Assembly: GCA_051874735.1 (NCBI GenBank)
Contig: JBJEGD010000026.1
Coordinates: forward strand, 91,452 to 155,451
Origin: Candidatus Bruticola sp.
Lineage (GTDB): Bacteria; Vulcanimicrobiota; Xenobia; Xenobiales; Xenobiaceae
Length of the DNA stretch: 64,000 nucleotides
Reading direction: 5' to 3'
A program made the translations under genes and the position numbers. Below, one piece after another: positions 34,614-43,026 of the stretch; position 1 is the stretch's first letter, and every line of letters begins with the position of its first letter. The notes beneath the pieces were generated by a model. That model ran no database searches and had not been told where the DNA came from. It saw only the letters and a list, made by a program, of their open reading frames with translations.

Positions 34614-36458
34614 ATGAGAAAATATAATTTATGGGCCTTAATTTTGGCTTTTGTAGTCTTTTATTCCGCTGCTCTGTCATCTGCCTGGGCTGCTGATGTA
34701 ATGCTGGGAGGCCAGGTTATCTTTCGTATAAATGATGAGGATCAAGCAAAAAAAATATCCCAAAAAATTGAAGCTATGTTGCAGAGGGGGGCTTCTTCGT
34801 CTTCAATTAAAGTCGTACGTAAAGATATTGCTGTAGCCTCGGAGGGGCAAGATAAGCAAGATAAAGATGAAGGTAGCAAGGGAGGGGCTAAAGCGAAAAA
34901 ATCTGTTTATAAAATATTTTGGGGAAGTGAATTAGTCATTGAAGTGAATGACGAAATTGCCAAGCAGAATGCTTCTTCTCCAGAAGCTTTAGCTAATTTA
35001 TGGGCCTCCAATATGCGCAATGTCGTCGATATTGGCCTGTTGAATGTTGATGTTGCTAGAGTCGTTTTACCTATAGAGGCTGATAAGGTTATTTACGCTT
35101 CTGGTTTGGCAACCGGTCCTTTGAGTGCTGAAGAGACTTCAGGTATCGTTGATATTGATATCGATCAGGAAAACGGCCTTATTAAGATAAAAGGGCGCAG
35201 GGTTGGAAAGTCGTCTATCGTTATTAGCAAAGGGGTTGCCTCCGTTTCCGTTTTTGTGCAGGTGAAAGATTGGGCCGGCAAACTTCCTCAGACGGTTAAT
35301 GTTGAAGTAACTGGCAATCCTGCACAGATTGATGACGTTTCCCAGGCGGTTATGCTTTCCATAGCGGCTAATACTTTCGTTCAGCCAGGCTGCAGTGTTT
35401 ATGTTGATGATTCCAACTTTAAACCGATTCCGGTGAGTAAAGGCGACAGTATGCGCTTAAGCGTGCCTGTGGGTATAAATGCTTCGGAAGATTATTTTGC
35501 GCTTCGCGGCAATGTTAATGTTGTAGTTAGCAATATAGAAGCTCCTGTAGTTGAGCAGAATCTGCTTCTAGTCAGCAATCGGCCGGAGCGTGTCAGCACA
35601 GATGGAGTATTAATGAAGTATAACTTCAAGAGACGTGAGCCCAGTCGTCTTATGTTCTCCCATCTTAATGCTTCCGAAAAGAATCGTTATTTGTGGATAA
35701 ATTTAGCTAATTTAAATGACGAACCGATAAAGATTGTTATCAGTCGCACTTCTGCTGGACCTGAGCGCAGCGAAATTTATGTCGGCCAAACGGCTGCCAA
35801 GCGCTTTTTAGAAAATTTGGCCAGTCGTTCCGGCTATATCATTACTCTTCCGCCCAATTCTGCTTTAGAGCTCTGTTCTTATGTGATGCGTCCTGAAGCT
35901 TTGGTAAGTGGATTTATAAATTTCCAAATTTTGGAAGGTACTAGCGCGACCGTTGAAGTGCGCAGTTCATTAAATCCTAATGCTAACGATGGACGTCCTC
36001 TGCCAGAAATAGGGGCCCCTTTTAATCCTTTCAAAATACATCCTCACGGAGTTTTTGCTCAGCCTTATTTTGAAAATGAAGGTGAATTTGTTATAGGTGG
36101 CAGTCCTTTAACTTTTCGTTATGGTGAGAGTCCTTGGCTGATTGATTTTGAAACTGGGCTGCCCAACACTGGCAATTTCGGGGTTTTGTATAAATCTTTG
36201 GTAGAATTAAAAAATCCTACTAAGCGTACAAAAACTGTGGGACTTTACTTTACGCCTTTGTCCGGCCCTGGCGGTGCTAACTTCCTGATAGGCAATTCTG
36301 TTTATCAGGCAGTTTTCCGCAAAAAAGGTGATGAAGTACTTGTAGCTAAAATCGAACTCTCGCCAGAGTCTAGCAGTATAATTGAAATTGTCACTTTACC
36401 TGAGGCGACTTCCTGTTATCCTGCCCAGTATGAATTGCGTGAACTGGACGGGCGCTGA
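34614..36458 (+). CDS. secreted 614-aa protein of unknown function
   Basis: Signal peptide MRKYNLWALILAFVVFYSAALSSAWA. It has its own terminator. No family recognised. Confidence 0.7.
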   Translation: MRKYNLWALILAFVVFYSAALSSAWAADVMLGGQVIFRINDEDQAKKISQKIEAMLQRGASSSSIKVVRKDIAVASEGQDKQDKDEGSKGGAKAKKSVYKIFWGSELVIEVNDEIAKQNASSPEALANLWASNMRNVVDIGLLNVDVARVVLPIEADKVIYASGLATGPLSAEETSGIVDIDIDQENGLIKIKGRRVGKSSIVISKGVASVSVFVQVKDWAGKLPQTVNVEVTGNPAQIDDVSQAVMLSIAANTFVQPGCSVYVDDSNFKPIPVSKGDSMRLSVPVGINASEDYFALRGNVNVVVSNIEAPVVEQNLLLVSNRPERVSTDGVLMKYNFKRREPSRLMFSHLNASEKNRYLWINLANLNDEPIKIVISRTSAGPERSEIYVGQTAAKRFLENLASRSGYIITLPPNSALELCSYVMRPEALVSGFINFQILEGTSATVEVRSSLNPNANDGRPLPEIGAPFNPFKIHPHGVFAQPYFENEGEFVIGGSPLTFRYGESPWLIDFETGLPNTGNFGVLYKSLVELKNPTKRTKTVGLYFTPLSGPGGANFLIGNSVYQAVFRKKGDEVLVAKIELSPESSSIIEIVTLPEATSCYPAQYELRELDGR

Positions 36459-36493
36459 CATTTTATGAAGATTATATAAAAATAATATCTAAA

Positions 36494-36531
36494 GCCCGTT
36501 CTGCCGTTGAGGCGGCTCACGGGTTTTTTTT
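36494..36531 (+). terminator. rho-independent terminator
   Basis: gcccgt..(gccg/cggc inner stem)..acgggt followed by T8. Confidence 0.8.
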
Positions 36532-36660
36532 GATATAAATTATGGCGTCAGCATGCTTCTCTAGTGCGATGGAACGATAAATATGGAGGAATAGCGGAGA
36601 AAATATAAAAAAGCGCCGTAGCTTTTTTTCTTTATTTTTTATTAAATTCGGAGTATTTTC

Positions 36661-37500
36661 ATGTGCAGAGCGCAGCGTACTTTGGCGAAAGAAGTTTCCT
36701 TCGAAGGAGTAGGGATTCATACTGGGAGAGCGAGTCACCTAACTATTAAGCCGGCTCCTGTCGATCACGGTCTCGTTTTTCTTAGTTCTGGAGAGTATAT
36801 CCCTGCTACCTATGAGTACGTTATTTCTACAAAGCGCTCTACAACGATTGGTAAGGGACAGGTCGCGGTAAATACTATCGAGCATTTAATGGCCGCTTTT
36901 GGAGGTCTTTCTGTGGATAATGCTCTTATAGAGATAGAAGGGCCGGAAGTTCCTATTTTAGACGGTTCTGCTTTGCCTTTTTGTCAGGCTATGGAAGAAG
37001 CAGGTATAGTTAATATCAAAGGCAGTGAAGTAGAAGATTATTATCTGAGCGAGCCCATTTTTGCTGCAGAAGGGGACAGTTTAGTTTTGGCTATGCCCGA
37101 TTCCCAATATAATCTTGAAGGAGCTGTCAGCTACAACAGTCCTCAAGTAGGTATTCAGCGATATCGTTACTGCGGATATGACAACTTTGTGACTCATATA
37201 GCTCCTGCTCGTACTTTTGGTTTTTGGTCTGAGGTAAAAACTCTCTTAGAAAACGGATTAGGGCAAGGTGGCGATCTGTCTAATGCTTTAATTTATGATC
37301 GTCCTGGTTTTAATGCTGCAGAAAATCAGCGTTTTGTCAATGAACCGGTGCGTCACAAAATTTTAGATTTAGCTGGTGATATTTGTCTGTTAGGTCGTCC
37401 GCTGTGTGCTTTTGTTTTGGCCGTTCGGGCTGGTCATAAATTGCATGTAGAATTCGTTCGCAAAATCGCTGAGGAGATGAAAAAAAATGCTGAATACTAA
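36661..37500 (+). CDS. lpxC: UDP-3-O-acyl-GlcNAc deacetylase
   Basis: RTLAKEVSFEGVGIHTG, TIEHLMAA, EVPILDGSA and HKILDLAGD motifs. Confidence 0.9.
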   Translation: MCRAQRTLAKEVSFEGVGIHTGRASHLTIKPAPVDHGLVFLSSGEYIPATYEYVISTKRSTTIGKGQVAVNTIEHLMAAFGGLSVDNALIEIEGPEVPILDGSALPFCQAMEEAGIVNIKGSEVEDYYLSEPIFAAEGDSLVLAMPDSQYNLEGAVSYNSPQVGIQRYRYCGYDNFVTHIAPARTFGFWSEVKTLLENGLGQGGDLSNALIYDRPGFNAAENQRFVNEPVRHKILDLAGDICLLGRPLCAFVLAVRAGHKLHVEFVRKIAEEMKKNAEY

Positions 37501-37912
37501 AGATATATTGCACAGGATTAATTACAAAAGTCCTCTTTTTTTTGTTGATATTGTTAACGAGTTAGAGTTTCCTAAAATCTCTGGTTATAAAAATGTGACT
37601 ATGAGCGAGCCCCATTTCGCTGGACATTTCCCAGGCAAACCCATTATGCCTGGAGTACTACAAATGGAAGCTTTGGTACAGATTTGCCGACTTCTCTATA
37701 TAGGGAATGAAGAGGCTCCTATTAAAGTAAAAGAGCTCGATTTAGTTGGAGTTAAAAAATTTAAGTTTAGAACTCCTGTTGTTCCAGGAGATCGCCTCGA
37801 TCTTTATGCTGAAGAAATTGAGCGTAACAACGAAAATATAGTGCTATCTGTTAAAGCTTGCGTTGGAGATAATGTCGCTTGTGAAGGAATACTTTCTTTC
37901 AGTTGGCAATAA
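37487..37912 (+). CDS. fabZ: 3-hydroxyacyl-ACP dehydratase
   Basis: HFPGKPIMPGVLQMEAL motif. It overlaps lpxC by 14 nt. GAGGAG RBS. Confidence 0.9.
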   Translation: MLNTKDILHRINYKSPLFFVDIVNELEFPKISGYKNVTMSEPHFAGHFPGKPIMPGVLQMEALVQICRLLYIGNEEAPIKVKELDLVGVKKFKFRTPVVPGDRLDLYAEEIERNNENIVLSVKACVGDNVACEGILSFSWQ

Positions 37913-38028
37913 AAGGCGAACGCACGACCGTTTGCGGCTAGCTGTAGGAAATTTGCCATATACAGACGAAATTATAAACCGTTTTGTGTTCGCTTTTGCA
38001 TAGAGACAAAAATTGGAGGATAAGCATT

Positions 38029-38967
38029 ATGAAGCCGATTAAAGTTGGCGTGGTCGGCATTGGTAGTATGGGGAAAAACCATGCTCGAGTGTGCGCCGAA
38101 CTACCTCAAATTGAACTTACAGGCATGGTGGATCTCGATGAAGCCAGAGTCGCCCCTTTAGCTCAGCAGTACGGCACACAGTATTATAAAGATTATAAGA
38201 GTCTCTATGGCAAAATCGACGCTGTAGTTATTGTTGCACCTACACCGCTTCACTATCAAATCGCTCAAGATTTTTTGGAACAGGGCGTTCATGTCTTGGT
38301 AGAAAAGCCCATTACTGTAGAGGTAAGCGAGGCTAAACGGTTAGTGACTTCCGCTAAGGAAAAAAATCTTGTTCTGCAGGTAGGTCATTTGGAGCGTTTC
38401 AATCCAGCCGTAATAAAGCTTAAGCAGATGGTGAGCAAACCTGTGTTAATAGAATGCCACCGCCTTTCTGGGCCTACTACTCGCAGTCTCGATGTCGGTA
38501 TTATTTGGGATTTAATGATCCACGATTTTGATATACTTCTCAGTTTATATAAATCTCCAGTAGCCGAAATCCATGCTATGGGGACTTCTATCTATTCTAA
38601 ATTTGAAGATGTAGCTCACGTGCAAATGCGGTTTGAATGTGGGGCTGTAGCCAGTTTGGTAGCTAGTCGCAATTCCGGAGAAAGGAAGCGCAGTCTCAAA
38701 ATTACTGAAGATACCGGACGAGTTTTGTCTCTCGATTTTATTAACCAAACTTTAGTTATTTCTCGTCCTGGCCCCGATGGGCGTCCCCTAGATTTGGAGC
38801 CAGTTCACATCGAGAAAGAGGAACCTCTACGTTTGGAACTCAGCAATTTTGCAGATTGTGTGATTAATCACAAGGAACCTGTTGTATCCGGTGAGGATGG
38901 CAAGCGAGCTTTGGAATTAGCTGTTCACGTTTTGGAGAATATGCAAAAAATTACGCTTTCTAAGTAA
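38029..38967 (+). CDS. Gfo/Idh/MocA-family NAD(P)-dependent oxidoreductase (GnnA-like position)
   Basis: ATG at 38029 follows GGAGG. Rossmann N-terminus IKVGVVGIGSMGKNHA and an EKP motif (LVEKPIT). It lies between fabZ and lpxA. Confidence 0.85.
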   Translation: MKPIKVGVVGIGSMGKNHARVCAELPQIELTGMVDLDEARVAPLAQQYGTQYYKDYKSLYGKIDAVVIVAPTPLHYQIAQDFLEQGVHVLVEKPITVEVSEAKRLVTSAKEKNLVLQVGHLERFNPAVIKLKQMVSKPVLIECHRLSGPTTRSLDVGIIWDLMIHDFDILLSLYKSPVAEIHAMGTSIYSKFEDVAHVQMRFECGAVASLVASRNSGERKRSLKITEDTGRVLSLDFINQTLVISRPGPDGRPLDLEPVHIEKEEPLRLELSNFADCVINHKEPVVSGEDGKRALELAVHVLENMQKITLSK

Positions 38968-39017
38968 AGCAGCAATAAAAATTTTTCCGCTTAAAGTACA
39001 GAGAGGAGAGCCAAGAG

Positions 39018-39827
39018 GTGATTCATTCCAGCGCTATAGTACATCCCGGGGCACGCATCGGTGAGGGAGTAGAAATCGGACCTTTTTCTATTATCGGAGA
39101 AAATGTAGAAATTGGAGACGGAACTAAAATTATGTCTTCTGTCGTCATAGATGGATGGACAACTATAGGCAAAAATAACAAAATTTATCCGGGTGTATCT
39201 ATTGGTCTGGCACCTCAGGATTTCAGTTATAAAGGGCAGCGTTCATTTGTAACTATTGGTGATAATAATGAGTTCCGTGAATATGTGACTATTCATAGGG
39301 CTGCCGATGAAGATGGTATTACTTCTGTGGGTAGCGGCAATCTGCTTATGGCGAATGTACACATCGCTCATAACTGCCATATTGGTAGTCAAATTACTAT
39401 GGCTAATTATGCTGGTTTGGCTGGTCATACTGTAGTAGAAGATCAGGCGGTATTAGGTGGGCTTGTAGGTATCCATCAGCACACCCGCATCGGTCGTTTG
39501 TGTATGGTAGGCGGATGCTCCAAGATAAATAAAGATTTGCCGCCCTTCAGTATTGTCGATGGTAATCCTTGTCGTCTCTTTGGTATGAATTTCCGAGGCA
39601 TGCGGCGCCGTGACATTTCTAAGGAAAGTCGTTTAGCTGTTCATAAAGCTATCAATATTTTGGGCAGTTGTGGACTGACCTTAGACGCCGCTATAGAACG
39701 CATAGACAGTGAGTTGGAGCATACCCCTGAAATTGAACATTTCCTGACTTTCCTGCGCGGTGATTCTCATATGGGAGTTCTCAATAAAGCCGGCAACGTA
39801 GGGGCGAGAGCTCACAGTAACGCTTAA
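39018..39827 (+). CDS. lpxA: acyl-ACP:UDP-GlcNAc O-acyltransferase
   Basis: GTG follows AGAGG. It has an IHSSAIVHPGARIGEGVEIGPFSIIG hexapeptide start, a catalytic-region HIAHNCHIG and a C-terminal helical domain. Confidence 0.9.
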   Translation: MIHSSAIVHPGARIGEGVEIGPFSIIGENVEIGDGTKIMSSVVIDGWTTIGKNNKIYPGVSIGLAPQDFSYKGQRSFVTIGDNNEFREYVTIHRAADEDGITSVGSGNLLMANVHIAHNCHIGSQITMANYAGLAGHTVVEDQAVLGGLVGIHQHTRIGRLCMVGGCSKINKDLPPFSIVDGNPCRLFGMNFRGMRRRDISKESRLAVHKAINILGSCGLTLDAAIERIDSELEHTPEIEHFLTFLRGDSHMGVLNKAGNVGARAHSNA

Positions 39828-39838
39828 TTGGTGCAGCT

Positions 39839-42286
39839 TTGACTGAAAATAGTCAGCAACAATCATCTGCTTATCCTCAGTTGACGGTTGCGATAATCGC
39901 CATAGAGCCTTCTGCCGATCTTCATGGAAGCAATTTGGCTAGGGCTCTTTTGGCGATTAATCCGCATCTAAAACTGGTCGGCGTAGGCGGATCGCATATG
40001 GCCGCGTCGGGAGTCAGTCTGTGGTTAAGGACCACAGACATGGCAGTTATTGGTCCCGGCGGGGCTATTGCTCGTTTGCCTAAATATATATGTTACTATT
40101 TGTACGTGCGCAGGCATTTGCTTAAGGAACATCCTCACCTCAGCATTTTAATAGACTGCCCCGCCGTTAACATGCGTTATGCTGGTCTTTTGACTCGCTA
40201 TGGCTATCATTCTGTTTATTACTTTCCCCCTTCTGCCTGGACAACCAGCGAAGTGCGTCTTAGACAGATTTTTAGCCGCACAGATAGGGTAATTTGTACC
40301 TTCTTGAGCAATGCCGAAAATTATCGCCGTCTGGGTATGGATGTAGATTTCTTCGGCCATCCTCTTATCGATATGCCCGAGTTAGGAATTTCTGCAGAAG
40401 AAGCTAAAAACAAGTTGGGGCTGGTAGGCGAAAATATTTTGGCTTTACTTCCGGGCAGTCGTGCTTCAGAAATAAAGTATCTATTGCCGATTTTTTTAGA
40501 AATAGTTGCTAAGTTGCATCAAGAAATAGAAAATTTGCAGGTACTTGTACCTTGTGCAACTCAGGCGCTTCGCAGGCAAATAGTTGCCTATATGGGGGAT
40601 AGGTTCCCTTATGTGCGTGTTTTAAATGGGCAGTCTCGTTTAGCCCTTTTAGCTTGTCGAGCAGCGTTGATGAGCTCTGGCACAGCTAGCCTGGAAGCTG
40701 CGATATTAGGCGCCCCAATGGTTCTGTCTTATAAACTTTGTCCCTTCGATGCTGTTATAGGTAAGTTCCTGATTTGGAGTGGTTTATTAAAAATTGAGCA
40801 TATCGGGTTGCCCAGTTTGGTCGCTGGACATCGCATTGTTCCAGAGTTTGTTCAAGATGAAGTTTCACCTGAAAATATTATCCCTCATTTGCGCAATTTT
40901 ATGCGAGATACTCCTGAGCGGTGCCAAATAAAACAAGATCTTTTAGATATGAGGAAGTCCATGGGCGCTCCTGGAGTAATTACCAAGATAGCCTCTTCTT
41001 TATATAGTCGCATTGAGAGCAGTGCTGCTGAAAGGATGGCTGAACCTTTCGACATTGTTATAACATCTAATTCTCCTGGAGAGGTGTCCACGTGGGTGCG
41101 ACGCACTGTTGCTCAGTTGGAGGTTAAAAACAAAGGGCAGTTTAGAGTTATAGTAGCGTTAGTTCCATGTCCTTATGCTTCCGGAGCTGAAGCTGAAGTC
41201 GCCGCTTCTCTGCCAGGCGTTTCCATTGTTCTGACGCCTAGTCAGACTGTGCGTTTAATGTGCGGCATGTTCAACGATTTTGAGCTGCGTAAAAAGGGAG
41301 TAGTAGTATTTTTAGGCGGTGATCTTATTCACGCTAAAATTTTGGCTTGGCGTTTAAAATATCGCTCTATAGCCTATGCAGCTAGATACAACAGGCTAAT
41401 CTACTATTTTGATAAAGTCGCTGCTTCAGATATTTCACTGGCCTCTGAATTATTAGAAGCTGGAGTTAATGAAGTTGTTAATATAGGTAATTTAAGTATT
41501 GATGGGGTTATTTCTGAAGTTGATAGGGAAGCAGCTGATAAAGTATCCCGTAGAACTGGCTTGAAGATTGGCATTTTCCCAGGATCGCGTTTTCTGCATA
41601 CTAAGATCGCTCTAGGAGTGTTTTTGCGTGTAGCTGCTCTAATAAAAACGCGTCACCCTGAGGTTGAATTTGTCCTTTCTGTATCGCCTTTTCTTTCCCC
41701 AGCTCGGCTGGAATCGGCACTTTGTAATCCTTTTAGTTTGGGGCTTCCGGTAGCTAAGGGTAAATTGCTCAGTGCTGATCGCATTGCAGTTGAGTGTATG
41801 TATGAAGATGAACAGGCTGCAGGACGCAGTTTTGAAGTTGAAGTTTTGTGGGGCCATCCTTATCAAGCTATTGCAGAAATAGATATGGCACTTACCATTC
41901 CGGGAACGAATACTGGAGAGTTGGGGTGTTGCGGCAAACCTATGGTAGTAGGACTTTCTGCTGATGCTTCCCTGCCCAGAGGAGGTTTGGGCGGCTTATT
42001 TGAAAGGATGCCAGTTTTATCAAAACTTAAGAGTTATTTGCGCTTGCGTTCTTATGCGCGTCACGGTTTCGCTGCGATCCCTAACCGTATTGCTTCTAGA
42101 GCTATCGTTCCTGAAGTTTTAGTAAAAAAAGATACGTCTGTGCTGGCCCAGCCTATTTTAGAGTGGATTGAAACTCCTGAGAAGTACGCCCGTGTTTCCC
42201 AAGATTTAAAAGACACTATGAGAACGACAGAGGGAGCGGGCAAGCGCATGGCTGAGTTGATCCTGGGTTTGGTTGATTCTAAATAA
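39839..42286 (+). CDS. lpxB: lipid-A-disaccharide synthase fused to a second LpxB-related GT-B module
   Basis: TTG start. Residues about 15-395 look like LpxB (IEPSADLHG..., YYFPPSAW, FFGHPLID, LLPGSRASE, GTASLEAAILGAPMV). Residues about 400-815 form a second module (ITSNSPGEVS, IFPGSRFLH, PGTNTGELGCCGKPMVV). Confidence 0.8.
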   Translation: MTENSQQQSSAYPQLTVAIIAIEPSADLHGSNLARALLAINPHLKLVGVGGSHMAASGVSLWLRTTDMAVIGPGGAIARLPKYICYYLYVRRHLLKEHPHLSILIDCPAVNMRYAGLLTRYGYHSVYYFPPSAWTTSEVRLRQIFSRTDRVICTFLSNAENYRRLGMDVDFFGHPLIDMPELGISAEEAKNKLGLVGENILALLPGSRASEIKYLLPIFLEIVAKLHQEIENLQVLVPCATQALRRQIVAYMGDRFPYVRVLNGQSRLALLACRAALMSSGTASLEAAILGAPMVLSYKLCPFDAVIGKFLIWSGLLKIEHIGLPSLVAGHRIVPEFVQDEVSPENIIPHLRNFMRDTPERCQIKQDLLDMRKSMGAPGVITKIASSLYSRIESSAAERMAEPFDIVITSNSPGEVSTWVRRTVAQLEVKNKGQFRVIVALVPCPYASGAEAEVAASLPGVSIVLTPSQTVRLMCGMFNDFELRKKGVVVFLGGDLIHAKILAWRLKYRSIAYAARYNRLIYYFDKVAASDISLASELLEAGVNEVVNIGNLSIDGVISEVDREAADKVSRRTGLKIGIFPGSRFLHTKIALGVFLRVAALIKTRHPEVEFVLSVSPFLSPARLESALCNPFSLGLPVAKGKLLSADRIAVECMYEDEQAAGRSFEVEVLWGHPYQAIAEIDMALTIPGTNTGELGCCGKPMVVGLSADASLPRGGLGGLFERMPVLSKLKSYLRLRSYARHGFAAIPNRIASRAIVPEVLVKKDTSVLAQPILEWIETPEKYARVSQDLKDTMRTTEGAGKRMAELILGLVDSK

Positions 42287-42287
42287 T

Positions 42288-42941
42288 ATGAAAATTCCTA
42301 ATGAAAATTGCCAAAATATTGCTACTCCTTTTATTTTCAAGTGGCGAGGCTTGATTATGGCAGTAGTGACGGCTATCATACTGGCTGCTGCCAAGCCAAC
42401 TTTAGTTACCTGCTGCTGGGGAATTGGCTTTGTACTTTTAGGAGAGCTGTTGCGTTCATGGGCTTTGGGCTGGACTGGAGAACATACACGTAGTCAGGAA
42501 TTAATGGCGTCTTTTTTAGTTACTGGCGGTCCTTATAAATACATACGCAATCCACTGTACTTAGGCAATATTTTAAACGGATTTGGGGTTATGGTTGCTG
42601 CTTCTGGAGCTATGTCGTATTTGGGAACGGCTGCTTTGTGGGCTTTTGGTCTTCTATCTCTTTATATGGTTTATGCTTCATGTATAATCGCTGAAGAAGC
42701 TTTCTTGGCTATGCGTTTTGGTGATCTCTTCTTCCGCTACAGAGCAGTTACGCCGACCATTGTACCGCGTTGGGGAGATTATCTCGATTTTATAAGCAGT
42801 TTTTTCAATTTCTCTTCCTGTACAGATGTTCAATATGAAGGGAGAGGCTTCTTCTCTTGGCAATCTTTAAAATTTGAATATAGTACTTGGGGATGGATAA
42901 TTGCTGTTTGGTCTTGTTTATTTATAAAAGCTTTCATGTAA
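42288..42941 (+). CDS. ICMT/Ste14-like membrane methyltransferase family protein
   Basis: The ATG at 42288 begins immediately after the lpxB stop. The protein is multi-TM and has GPYKYIRNPLYLGNIL, the family signature. Confidence 0.7.
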   Translation: MKIPNENCQNIATPFIFKWRGLIMAVVTAIILAAAKPTLVTCCWGIGFVLLGELLRSWALGWTGEHTRSQELMASFLVTGGPYKYIRNPLYLGNILNGFGVMVAASGAMSYLGTAALWAFGLLSLYMVYASCIIAEEAFLAMRFGDLFFRYRAVTPTIVPRWGDYLDFISSFFNFSSCTDVQYEGRGFFSWQSLKFEYSTWGWIIAVWSCLFIKAFM

Positions 42942-42949
42942 AAACATTT

Positions 42950-42985
42950 AGTGCTTATCCCCTGCCTTAGGCTGGGATAAGCACT
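42950..42985. terminator. hairpin between convergent operons
   Basis: agtgcttatccc pairs with gggataagcact, a 12-bp stem with an inner gcc/ggc. T-runs are weak. Confidence 0.65.
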
Positions 42986-43026
42986 TGACCAGGCTATGTT
43001 ATATGCTGCTATTCTCTAGTTAATAG

